From assembly GCA_038064135.1 (NCBI GenBank), contig JBBTTS010000004.1, forward strand, positions 3,677-27,676: a stretch of 24,000 nucleotides of DNA, given 5' to 3'. The notes beneath the pieces are model-generated. The model ran no database searches, was not told the DNA's origin, and worked only from the letters and a program-made list of their open reading frames with translations. Every line of letters starts with the position of its first letter. Position 1 is the first letter of the stretch. The position numbers and the translations under genes were made by a program. This stretch comes from Patescibacteria group bacterium (GTDB lineage Bacteria; Patescibacteriota; Saccharimonadia; Saccharimonadales; OMJO01). This document shows positions 1 through 7,948 of this stretch, one piece after another.

Positions 1-1135
1 GAGTACAAAAGACCATAGCTGCGGCGTTTTTAACTGAACCTGCCTGTAATGTTGGTAAATCCAATGGTCCGCCGTGTGAAATTACACATTTAATATCCGA
101 ATTAGATGCTGCTGTCAACATAGACAATTGAGCCCCAGCTGATGACCCCCAAATGCATTTTGAGAGCTGAGGTCTCCAGTATTTAATTTTTGAATATGTG
201 GATTTTACAGAATCTAGAGCTTTTCTTCCGGGATGATAGTCAATATTAATTGTTTGCCAACCTTGATTATTCCACCATATTGCTTCATTTCTCATTAACG
301 GTTGCAATACTAATCCAGGATTATCTCCATTAACCCAACCGCCACCATGAACTAAAATCATTAATCCTTTTGGGTATTTATTTATAAATTCTCCAGAGGG
401 ATATCCAATTTCATAGTATGGTTGATCGATATTACTCGAACTTGTATCAACATGCTCATACCTTAATAAGTATCCAATATTACCGGAAGGTGCTTGTAAA
501 TTATAAGGAGTCTTGATACCGCTTCCGTAAAACTGATAACCGTAGTTTGCTACTAAACTATCTGCTGTAGACTTGATCATTGTAGTAATTACTATTGACG
601 AATCATTAGGAACATTAGAGCCAGAATTGTAAGAAGGTTTGTACAACTGATATATTGCACCCGCGCCAGGGGATTTTTCTCTGAAAGAATAGCCTAAAAT
701 GCTTGTTTCGTTACCGTATATATCGGTTCCGCAGCCAATGAAATTTATCCAATTAGGATTGGACAGTAATGAATTTCGTTGGTTTAGATCAGATGTTATG
801 AAATGTATAGACTGGGATGAGTTGTATAAGCAATAAAGTGGTAATGTTCCAGGGATGATTCTGTCATATACCCACGATTTATTGTCGTTTATTGATGTAT
901 CAGACCAGTTTATTTGTTGTTCAACCCAACTATTTGTTGCAACTAATTGATCGGCTTTGTTCCTAGATGTTGTTAATAATTGATCGTTTTTTCCTGAAAC
1001 ATTATTTAGTCTAAATACTTTATTTAATTTCGGGTTTGAGCTAGCTGTTGCGATTTGTGGACTTATACTGTTAAAAATTGCTAAAATTAACGATAGATTA
1101 ATCAAAGTGACAAATAGCTTATTTTTTATATACAT
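1..1135 (-). CDS. Secreted alpha/beta-hydrolase (HSL/family-IV-like esterase) with N-terminal repeat region. The C-terminus is cut by the window edge. Absent from the supplied ORF track.
   Basis: Manual minus-strand translation from ATG (complement of 1133-1135) stays open to nt 2. The N-terminus MYIKNKLFVTLINLSLILAIFNSISPQIATA looks like a signal peptide. Two PLYxLYN..HF-type repeats follow (LPLYCLYNSSQSIHFITSD; AIYQLYKPSYNSG). Then come LMILVHGGGW (HGGG oxyanion motif, nt 335-349) and WGSSAGAQLS (GxSxG nucleophile elbow, Ser codon nt 140-142). Confidence 0.8.
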   Translation of the reverse strand, partial: MYIKNKLFVTLINLSLILAIFNSISPQIATASSNPKLNKVFRLNNVSGKNDQLLTTSRNKADQLVATNSWVEQQINWSDTSINDNKSWVYDRIIPGTLPLYCLYNSSQSIHFITSDLNQRNSLLSNPNWINFIGCGTDIYGNETSILGYSFREKSPGAGAIYQLYKPSYNSGSNVPNDSSIVITTMIKSTADSLVANYGYQFYGSGIKTPYNLQAPSGNIGYLLRYEHVDTSSSNIDQPYYEIGYPSGEFINKYPKGLMILVHGGGWVNGDNPGLVLQPLMRNEAIWWNNQGWQTINIDYHPGRKALDSVKSTYSKIKYWRPQLSKCIWGSSAGAQLSMLTAASNSDIKCVISHGGPLDLPTLQAGSVKNAAAMVFCT

Positions 1136-1206
1136 AACAAGTCTTTCAAATCAATTTTCAATGTAAATATACAATAAAAATACAAAAGAATCAAATTTTT
1201 TAAAGA

Positions 1207-1215
1207 TGTTATAAT
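1207..1215 (+). promoter_or_regulatory. Extended -10 promoter (TGtTATAAT) 9 nt upstream of the uppS ATG; near-leaderless arrangement
   Basis: TGTTATAAT at 1207-1215, ATG at 1225, no purine-rich SD in between. The motif is embedded in AAGATGTTATAATTA, which recurs upstream of proS. Confidence 0.5.
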
Positions 1216-1224
1216 TACTTCCAC

Positions 1225-1908
1225 ATGTTACAAAGTTTACCGAATCACGTTGGAATAATTTTAGACGGCAATCGTCGCTGGGCAAAAGCTCGTAATCTAC
1301 CCACACTGGAAGGGCACAGAATTGGGGCTGAAAACTTTAAAAAAATTGTTCACTTAGCATTTGACAGAGGTGTAGCTTGCTTATCGGCGTTCATATTTTC
1401 TACAGAAAATTGGTCGCGAACTGACGAGGAAGTTGGCTATTTAATGAATCTAGTAGTAAAAGCCTTTGAAGAATATCTTGAGGAATTTCACGAACGCGGT
1501 ATAAAAATTGTCATTTTGGGAAGGCGTCAAGGTATTCGTAAAAAAGTCTCGGAAGTTATTAAACGAACTGAAGAGCAGACTAAAAATAATTCAAACGGTA
1601 CCTTAGCGCTTTGTTTTAACTATGGGGGCGAACAAGAGTTAGTTGATGCTGTCGATTTAATACGGAATAAAAATGATAATAAAATTACAATACAGGACAT
1701 ACGACAAAATTTATATCACCCCGAAGTCCCGAATTTAGATTTGATGATTCGCACCTCAGGAGAAAAACGTACTAGCGGATTTATGTTAGCGCGTGCAGCG
1801 TACGCTGAATTATATTTTTCTGATAAACTTTGGCCAGATTTTAATGAACAAGATTTAGATATCGCGCTTACCGACTATAGAAGTCGCGTACGGCGCTTCG
1901 GAGAATAA
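1225..1908 (+). CDS. uppS: Undecaprenyl-diphosphate synthase (cis-isoprenyl transferase)
   Basis: GIILDGNRRWA N-terminal motif, FIFSTENWSR, IRTSGEKRTSGF and C-terminal RRFG; typical size of 227 aa. Confidence 0.95.
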   Translation: MLQSLPNHVGIILDGNRRWAKARNLPTLEGHRIGAENFKKIVHLAFDRGVACLSAFIFSTENWSRTDEEVGYLMNLVVKAFEEYLEEFHERGIKIVILGRRQGIRKKVSEVIKRTEEQTKNNSNGTLALCFNYGGEQELVDAVDLIRNKNDNKITIQDIRQNLYHPEVPNLDLMIRTSGEKRTSGFMLARAAYAELYFSDKLWPDFNEQDLDIALTDYRSRVRRFGE

Positions 1909-1911
1909 AAA

Positions 1912-3033
1912 ATGTCACTATTACTTATATTGGGCATTATACTTTTTATAGGATTGGTTATTGTACATGAATTAGGACACTTTTTGGTTGCTAGAAGATA
2001 CGGTGTCGAGGTAGAAGAATTCGGATTAGGTTTTCCGCCTAAAGCAAAGTCGCTGGGGTTCAAAAACGGAACAGAGTACACGCTTAATTGGTTACCTCTC
2101 GGTGGTTTTGTACGCCTGAAGGGTGAACATGACTCCGCAAAAGGAAAGGGCGCATATGGTTCTGCCAGTTTACCAAATAAGATGAAAATCATGGTTGCTG
2201 GAGTTGCGATGAACCTTTTAACGGCATTTTTTATACTGACTGCCTTGTCGTGGATAGGTACCCCTCAACTTGTTGAAAATCAATTTAATGTACAAGGTGA
2301 TAGTAGGGTGGTACGAAGAGACGTTTTAGTTGCATATGTAGAGCCAGATTCTCCAGCCGAAATAGCCGGGTTAAAAATACGTGATCAACTTACAAGTATA
2401 GGTACGGTTGAGCAAGGTCAATCTACGATCCAAAGCCAGGAACAATTGCCGGATATAACAAAAAAATATGCTGGAAAGACAGTTATTGTGCAATTTAGGC
2501 GACAAGGAATAAAAGAATTACAAAAAACTGAGTTAACTCTACTAAGCCAAGGTGAAATAGACACAAGTAATAGCCAAAAAGGCTATCTTGGTATAGCCCC
2601 TAACGAATACGTTTTAAAAAGAAGTACTTGGTCCGCCCCAATAAATGCAATTGGTACAATTGGCCAATTTACTAGTTTAACACTAAAGGGGCTGGGCAAG
2701 GCCTTATCAAGTCTGGTTTCGGGAAATGCCAGTCAAGCATCCGAGCAGGTGGCTGGACCGGTAGGTATTTTTGTTCTGATTAGTGACGGAACTGGCCTCG
2801 GTATTGAATTCATCTTAATGATTATTGCAATTATTTCACTCACTTTAGCGATTATGAATGTGTTACCAATACCAGCACTAGATGGTGGAAGGTTATTTGT
2901 AACATTAATTTTTCGAGTGATTAAAAAACCGCTCAAGGTTGGGGTAGAAGACCGAATTCACGGCACTGGTTTTGCCATACTAATGTTGTTATTTGTTGTA
3001 ATAACTTTTGTAGATATTCGGCGCTTTTGGTAA
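1912..3033 (+). CDS. rseP: Site-2 (M50) intramembrane zinc metalloprotease, RseP-like, with a PDZ-like insert
   Basis: HELGHF (HExxH) in TM1, a central soluble PDZ-like segment (PDSPAEIAGLKIRDQL), NVLPIPALDGG (NxxPxxxLDG) in a C-terminal TM, and multiple hydrophobic helices. Confidence 0.9.
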   Translation: MSLLLILGIILFIGLVIVHELGHFLVARRYGVEVEEFGLGFPPKAKSLGFKNGTEYTLNWLPLGGFVRLKGEHDSAKGKGAYGSASLPNKMKIMVAGVAMNLLTAFFILTALSWIGTPQLVENQFNVQGDSRVVRRDVLVAYVEPDSPAEIAGLKIRDQLTSIGTVEQGQSTIQSQEQLPDITKKYAGKTVIVQFRRQGIKELQKTELTLLSQGEIDTSNSQKGYLGIAPNEYVLKRSTWSAPINAIGTIGQFTSLTLKGLGKALSSLVSGNASQASEQVAGPVGIFVLISDGTGLGIEFILMIIAIISLTLAIMNVLPIPALDGGRLFVTLIFRVIKKPLKVGVEDRIHGTGFAILMLLFVVITFVDIRRFW

Positions 3034-3037
3034 TAAA

Positions 3038-3808
3038 ATGGTTCAACTTGACTGGCCAAAAATCCTAAAACCTACTCCTGTAAGTAACCTTTTGGCAGTT
3101 ATTGTACAAATTCTTAGCGCGTTTTTTATTTATTTATCATCACAATTTTTTGGACTTTTATTGTTCTCGGCGTATTTGATGCTAAGTGAAGGCTCTTTAG
3201 CTAATTTTGAAACCTTAGCAAATTCAATTTATGGGCAATTTACCATAAGTCTAATGATAAACGGCCTTGTGCTAGCAGAGTTGCGGTTGGCACTAAAATG
3301 GACGAGATTACGCTTTAATGACATTGGCTGGCGTGCACCTACATTTCGGGATGCATGGTTGGCAGCAGCCGGATTTACGGTTTATTTTCTAATCTATATT
3401 TTTATATATGATTTTGTTAATAAATATATTTCACAGGTAGACGTAGGCCAAAAGCAACAAATTGGCTTTGAATCGGCCAGTCAAACCAGTGAACTTGCTT
3501 TAGTTTTTGTGAGTTTGGTAATTCTACCGCCAATAATTGAAGAACTACTTTTCAGGGGATATTTATATGGTGGTTTGAGGTTCATTGGAAAAATTAAAGC
3601 AGCAGTTATTGTAAGTATTTTGTTTGCGGCTGCTCATTTGCAATTGGGCAGCGGCGCACCGCCACTATGGATTGCGGCAATAGATACAGGTTTGTTGTCA
3701 CTTTTTTTGGTATATCTTAGGGAAAAATCGGGTGGAATAATGGCCCCAATAGGACTACACATGATCAAGAATTGCCTTGTGTTTGTGTCAATATTTATTG
3801 TCACTTAA
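3038..3808 (+). CDS. CPBP-family (CAAX/Abi-like) intramembrane glutamic protease
   Basis: Polytopic membrane protein with EELLFRG (EExxxR), FAAAHL (FxxxH) and HMIKN (HxxxN) motifs in the canonical order. Confidence 0.85.
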   Translation: MVQLDWPKILKPTPVSNLLAVIVQILSAFFIYLSSQFFGLLLFSAYLMLSEGSLANFETLANSIYGQFTISLMINGLVLAELRLALKWTRLRFNDIGWRAPTFRDAWLAAAGFTVYFLIYIFIYDFVNKYISQVDVGQKQQIGFESASQTSELALVFVSLVILPPIIEELLFRGYLYGGLRFIGKIKAAVIVSILFAAAHLQLGSGAPPLWIAAIDTGLLSLFLVYLREKSGGIMAPIGLHMIKNCLVFVSIFIVT

Positions 3809-3823
3809 AAACAATCAATAAGA

Positions 3824-3832
3824 TGTTACAAT
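3824..3832 (+). promoter_or_regulatory. Extended -10 promoter (TGtTACAAT) 7 nt upstream of the proS ATG; leaderless-type
   Basis: TGTTACAAT at 3824-3832, ATG at 3840, no SD. The context AAGATGTTACAATTA matches the uppS promoter at 14 of 15 positions. Confidence 0.5.
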
Positions 3833-3839
3833 TAGCAAT

Positions 3840-5096
3840 ATGCGAATATCAACAGCTTTTATCAAAACACTTAAAAATGTACCGAGTGACGAAGTTGCTA
3901 CAAATGCTCAGCTGCTGATAAAGGCAGGTTTTATTCACAAAGAAATGGCGGGTGTTTACTCATATTTAACTTTAGGTATTCGGGTTTTAGAAAAAATTAA
4001 AAAAATTGTCCGCGAAGAAATGAACGCATTAGGTGGTAATGAGATAATCATGACCAGTTTACAGAGAAAAGAGTTATGGGAAAAAACCGATCGCTGGGAC
4101 GACCAAAAAGTAGACGTTTGGTTTAAATCCGAACTAAAAAATGGTACACCAGTTGGTTTTGGATGGTCACACGAAGAACCGATTACCGACATGATGCGTC
4201 ACTATGTAAATAGTTATCGCGACTTGCCGATTTATGTGTATCAATTTCAGACCAAGCTCCGAAATGAACTTAGAGCAAAAAGCGGTATTATGCGCGGTCG
4301 TGAGTTTGTAATGAAAGATATGTATTCGTATACAACAATCGAAAAACTACACCAAAAATTTTACGACCAAACTATTGATGCCTACCACAAGGTATTTCAA
4401 CGGGTTGGAATTGGCGAACAAACATATCTTACCTTTGCTTCTGGGGGTGCCTTCACGCAGTTTAGTCACGAGTTTCAGACAATCTGTGAGGCCGGTGAAG
4501 ATACAGTTTTTATTCATAAGAAAAAGAAATTGGCCATTAATCAAGAAGTCTTAACGGACGAAGTTATGAAGCAACTTGGTGTTTCACGCGATGAACTACA
4601 AGAAGCCAAGACCGCTGAAGTTGGTAATATATTTTCCTTCGGTGAAACCAAAGCCAAGCAACTTGGCTTGCAATATATAGACGAACAAGGTAATCATCAA
4701 CCGGTAATTTTGGGATCATATGGAATTGGCATAACTAGGTTAATGGGTGTGATAGCTGAAATGTACCACGATGACAAAGGTCTCATTTGGCCCGATGCCG
4801 TGGCACCAGCCAAAGTTTATTTAGTCAGTCTCGGCAGCGATAAGCCTGTCCTGGACGAAGCAAACAAACTTTACGAAGAGCTTAACAATTTGGGAATAGA
4901 AGTAATTTATGACGATCGTGACGGGCGGCCAGGTGAGAAATTTGCCGACTGCGACCTCATGGGTATTCCCTATAGGTTGGTTGTAAGCACAAAAACTTTA
5001 AAAGACACCAAATATGAGATAAAAAGGCGCAACGAACTCGACTCAATGCTAGTTAACAAAGACGAATTAATAAAAGTGCTGGACACTACCAAATAG
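3840..5096 (+). CDS. proS: Prolyl-tRNA synthetase, bacterial type but lacking the INS editing domain (418 aa)
   Basis: The N-terminus MRISTAFIKTLKNVPSDE..LLIKAGFI is collinear with bacterial ProRS. Motif 2 is RGREFVMKDMYSY and motif 3 is GSYGIGITRLMG. A C-terminal anticodon-binding domain is present. Only about 25 aa lie where the roughly 180-aa INS normally sits (after SHEFQTICEAGED). Confidence 0.93.
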   Translation: MRISTAFIKTLKNVPSDEVATNAQLLIKAGFIHKEMAGVYSYLTLGIRVLEKIKKIVREEMNALGGNEIIMTSLQRKELWEKTDRWDDQKVDVWFKSELKNGTPVGFGWSHEEPITDMMRHYVNSYRDLPIYVYQFQTKLRNELRAKSGIMRGREFVMKDMYSYTTIEKLHQKFYDQTIDAYHKVFQRVGIGEQTYLTFASGGAFTQFSHEFQTICEAGEDTVFIHKKKKLAINQEVLTDEVMKQLGVSRDELQEAKTAEVGNIFSFGETKAKQLGLQYIDEQGNHQPVILGSYGIGITRLMGVIAEMYHDDKGLIWPDAVAPAKVYLVSLGSDKPVLDEANKLYEELNNLGIEVIYDDRDGRPGEKFADCDLMGIPYRLVVSTKTLKDTKYEIKRRNELDSMLVNKDELIKVLDTTK

Positions 5097-5098
5097 GT

Positions 5099-5107
5099 TG
5101 CTATAAT
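5099..5107 (+). promoter_or_regulatory. Extended -10 promoter (TGcTATAAT) for greA, with a roughly 60-nt leader
   Basis: TGCTATAAT at 5099-5107 lies directly after the proS stop. The greA ATG at 5173 is preceded by AAAGGA (weak SD). Confidence 0.4.
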
Positions 5108-5172
5108 ATTCCCGTTCAGAGAGACCAAAACCGACTAAAACGTTATTTTTGATAATTAAAGGATAAATCACA

Positions 5173-5634
5173 ATGAAAAAGCAGTTCCATCTGACTAAAC
5201 AGGGTATTGAGGAATTAAAAAAAGAGCTTAAAACTCTGATTGTTCAACGCAGGCCAATTGCTCAGCGCATCAAGGATGCTCGTGAATTTGGTGATTTAGC
5301 CGAAAATGCCGAGTATAGTTCGGCCCGTCAAGAACAGGAAAAGCTGGAAATGCGTATTAGCGAGATCGAAAATATTTTGCTTAATGTAGAAGTTATCTCA
5401 AAACCAAAGGGTGACAACAAAATACAGTTGGGTTCAACTATTCAACTCAAAAATGATGACGGTAAGATCAAAGAATTTCAAGTAGTAGGCACAGTTGAAG
5501 CAGACCCCCTAAACGGCAAGATTAGTGATGAATCACCAATCGGCAAAGCATTACTTGGCAAAAAACTCGGTGAAATAGTCGAAATTAAAACTCCTGCCGA
5601 AACGGCCGAATACAAAATTACCGAAATCGGCTAG
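5173..5634 (+). CDS. greA: Transcription elongation factor GreA
   Basis: N-terminal coiled-coil with the acidic tip DLAENAEYSSARQEQ, and a C-terminal FKBP-like domain (ISDESPIGKALLGKKLGE); 153 aa. Confidence 0.93.
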   Translation: MKKQFHLTKQGIEELKKELKTLIVQRRPIAQRIKDAREFGDLAENAEYSSARQEQEKLEMRISEIENILLNVEVISKPKGDNKIQLGSTIQLKNDDGKIKEFQVVGTVEADPLNGKISDESPIGKALLGKKLGEIVEIKTPAETAEYKITEIG

Positions 5635-5672
5635 ATTTCACCAAAAACCACTACCTTGGTTAGTAGAAATCC

Positions 5673-5678
5673 TATATC
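5673..5678 (+). promoter_or_regulatory. Candidate -10 box (TATATC) 9 nt upstream of the lysS ATG
   Basis: Tandem CCTATAT CCTATAT ends just before ATG 5688, with no SD. The exact hexamer choice is ambiguous (TATATC at 5673-5678 or TATCCT at 5675-5680). Confidence 0.3.
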
Positions 5679-5687
5679 CTATATATT

Positions 5688-7202
5688 ATGGCTACACTTA
5701 AAGATTATCGTGACGAACGATTACGCAAACTTGACCAGCTAAAAAAACTCGGCATAAACCCATATCCAGCAAATACCAGCCGCACCCACTCTTGCTGCGA
5801 AATTAACGAAAAATTTAGCGATTTAGAAGGCCAGCCCGCAACGGTGGTCGGGCGGATTAAGGGAATCCGAAAATTCGGTAAGATTGCTTTTATTGTCTGC
5901 GCTGATGCCAGCAGCCAACTGCAGTTATTTTTTCGTGAAGGCGGCATTAGCCAGCCCGATCACTCTAACAGTGAACTAGCTATGGAACATTTGCCACTAC
6001 TTGATACTGGTGATTTTATTGAAGCATCAGGAATTGTAATTAAGACGCAAACTGGTGAGATTTCGTTAGAAGTAAATAATTTAAGATTATTGACAAAATC
6101 TTTACGCCCGTTGCCAAGTACTGTTGATGGATTTACAAATAAAGAAGAGCGTTTCCGTCGTCGATACATCGACACGAATGTTAATAAAGATGTGTATGAA
6201 CGCTATATTCGCCGTAGTAAATTTTGGCAGGCAACGCGCGACTTTTTAAACGAACGAGAGTTTAATGAGATAAACACTCCTGTACTGGAACATACCACCG
6301 GAGGTGCAGACGCTAATCCGTTCGTAACACATATGGATGCACTAGACGAGGATTTTTATTTGCGCATAAGCCATGAATTACCTCTTAAACGGTTGGTTGG
6401 TGGTGGATACGAAAAAGTTTATGACATTGGCCCTCGGTTTAGAAACGAAAATTACACTGAGGAACATTTGCCAGAGCACATTGCCATGGAGTGGTATTGG
6501 GCGTACGCCAACTGGCAAGATGGTATGAAGCTCATGGAAGAACTATTTTCATATGTACTTGGAAAAACATTTGGTTCACAGAAGTTCAAGGTGCGAGATT
6601 TTGAGGTAGATTTTTCAAAACCATGGGCAAAGCTAGATTATCAACAAGTAATTCGTGACGAATATGGCATTGATGTGTTTGAATGCACGCTTGAGCAAGT
6701 ACAAAAAGCTCTGCATGACCATAAATTAGAAGTTGAAAAATCTGATAACTTGGCAAGGGGAATCGACAAACTTTGGAAGCGAATCCGTGCCAGCCATGCC
6801 GGCCCTTCTTGGCTAATTAATACCCCACTATTTATCAGCCCGTTAGCGAAATCAAACCCTAATGATCCTAATACAGTCCAGCGATTCCAAGCTGTTGTTG
6901 CCGGCAGCGAGATATGTAATGGTTACTCAGAGTTGAACGATCCAATAGATCAACTAAATCGTTTTACCGAACAGCAAAATATGAGAGATGCCGGTGACGC
7001 TGAAGCACAAATGCTTGATATAGACTTTGTAGAAATGTTGGAGTACGGTATGCCACCTACGTGTGGATTGGGCTTTTCGGAAAGGGTTTTTTGGATATTT
7101 GAGGGCGTTACTGCCCGCGAAGGTGTTCCATTCCCGCATCTCCGACGTGAAGTTGACCAAGTCACCAAATCCATCTACCCTGATCTACGTCTTGAGTCGT
7201 AA
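5688..7202 (+). CDS. lysS: Lysyl-tRNA synthetase, class II
   Basis: N-terminal OB-fold anticodon-binding domain (VVGRIKGIRKFGKIAFI), class II motif 2 (YDIGPRFRNE), and the motif 3 region (PPTCGLGFSERV); 504 aa. Confidence 0.95.
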   Translation: MATLKDYRDERLRKLDQLKKLGINPYPANTSRTHSCCEINEKFSDLEGQPATVVGRIKGIRKFGKIAFIVCADASSQLQLFFREGGISQPDHSNSELAMEHLPLLDTGDFIEASGIVIKTQTGEISLEVNNLRLLTKSLRPLPSTVDGFTNKEERFRRRYIDTNVNKDVYERYIRRSKFWQATRDFLNEREFNEINTPVLEHTTGGADANPFVTHMDALDEDFYLRISHELPLKRLVGGGYEKVYDIGPRFRNENYTEEHLPEHIAMEWYWAYANWQDGMKLMEELFSYVLGKTFGSQKFKVRDFEVDFSKPWAKLDYQQVIRDEYGIDVFECTLEQVQKALHDHKLEVEKSDNLARGIDKLWKRIRASHAGPSWLINTPLFISPLAKSNPNDPNTVQRFQAVVAGSEICNGYSELNDPIDQLNRFTEQQNMRDAGDAEAQMLDIDFVEMLEYGMPPTCGLGFSERVFWIFEGVTAREGVPFPHLRREVDQVTKSIYPDLRLES

Positions 7203-7214
7203 TACCATAATAGG

Positions 7215-7220
7215 TATACT
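7215..7220 (+). promoter_or_regulatory. Candidate -10 box (TATACT) 8 nt upstream of the ABC ATPase ATG; leaderless-type
   Basis: TATACT at 7215-7220, ATG at 7229, no SD between them. Confidence 0.4.
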
Positions 7221-7228
7221 AACTGATT

Positions 7229-7948
7229 ATGATTGAGGTAAATAACGTAACCAAAGTTTATGGTAAAAAGCAAAATACCTTTATGGCCTTGGATAACGTT
7301 AATTTTCAGTTAAGCGAAGGCAGCACAGCAGCAATTATAGGCAAGAGCGGTTCTGGTAAAAGTACACTAATGCATGTTATGAGTGGACTTGATCACCCTA
7401 CATCCGGCAGTATTGTTATGCAAGGCAAAGAACTTCACGAATTAAAATCCAAAGCTATGGATGCGTTTCGTGCGCGTGAAATGAGCTTTATATTTCAAGC
7501 TTTTTTTGTAGAACCCAATCAAACTGTGTATCAAAATGTTTTATTGCCACTCGAAATTGCCAACACTCCGCGCCGAAAGCGTAAAAAAATGGTACTAGAA
7601 GCTTTAAAAGCAGTTGATTTAACTGACAAGATTGACAGCAATGCTAATAATCTTTCTGGTGGTCAAAAGCAACGTCTAGCAATTGCTAGATCAATCGTAA
7701 ATAAACCTAAATTAATTTTTGCTGATGAGCCAACCGGTAATTTAGATAGTTCAACCGGAGATATGATCATTGATTTATTATTTTACCTAAATAAAACTTT
7801 GGGCTGTACATTAGTTGTCGTGACACATGATGAAGAACTTGCCAGCAGATGCCAAACCCAGATTCGCCTTAAAGACGGACGCATTGAAAGCATATCTGAA
7901 AAAAGAATTCGAGCCAAAGTAAGCCCTAAAAAGGCTAAAAATAAATGA
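7229..7948 (+). CDS. ABC transporter ATP-binding protein, MacB/LolD (type VII) family
   Basis: Walker A GKSGSGKST, signature LSGGQKQR, Walker B LIFADEPT, H-loop VTHD. Overlaps the next gene by ATGA (TGA stop at 7946-7948). Confidence 0.9.
   Translation: MIEVNNVTKVYGKKQNTFMALDNVNFQLSEGSTAAIIGKSGSGKSTLMHVMSGLDHPTSGSIVMQGKELHELKSKAMDAFRAREMSFIFQAFFVEPNQTVYQNVLLPLEIANTPRRKRKKMVLEALKAVDLTDKIDSNANNLSGGQKQRLAIARSIVNKPKLIFADEPTGNLDSSTGDMIIDLLFYLNKTLGCTLVVVTHDEELASRCQTQIRLKDGRIESISEKRIRAKVSPKKAKNK

Noticed and set aside
1875-2192. A 105-aa minus-strand ORF overlapping the uppS 3' end and rseP 5' end. The same applies to the many 60-97-aa antisense ORFs listed in the track.
   Set aside because: All are nested antisense or out of frame within genes that have clear family motifs. 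None has start-site signals, so I treat them as spurious.
5114-5152. Possible attenuator or terminator hairpin (CGTT...AACG followed by TTATTTTT) in the greA leader, by analogy with leader-derived regulation of greA in E. coli
   Set aside because: Only a 4-bp stem with a loop of more than 20 nt can be drawn, which is far too weak to call.
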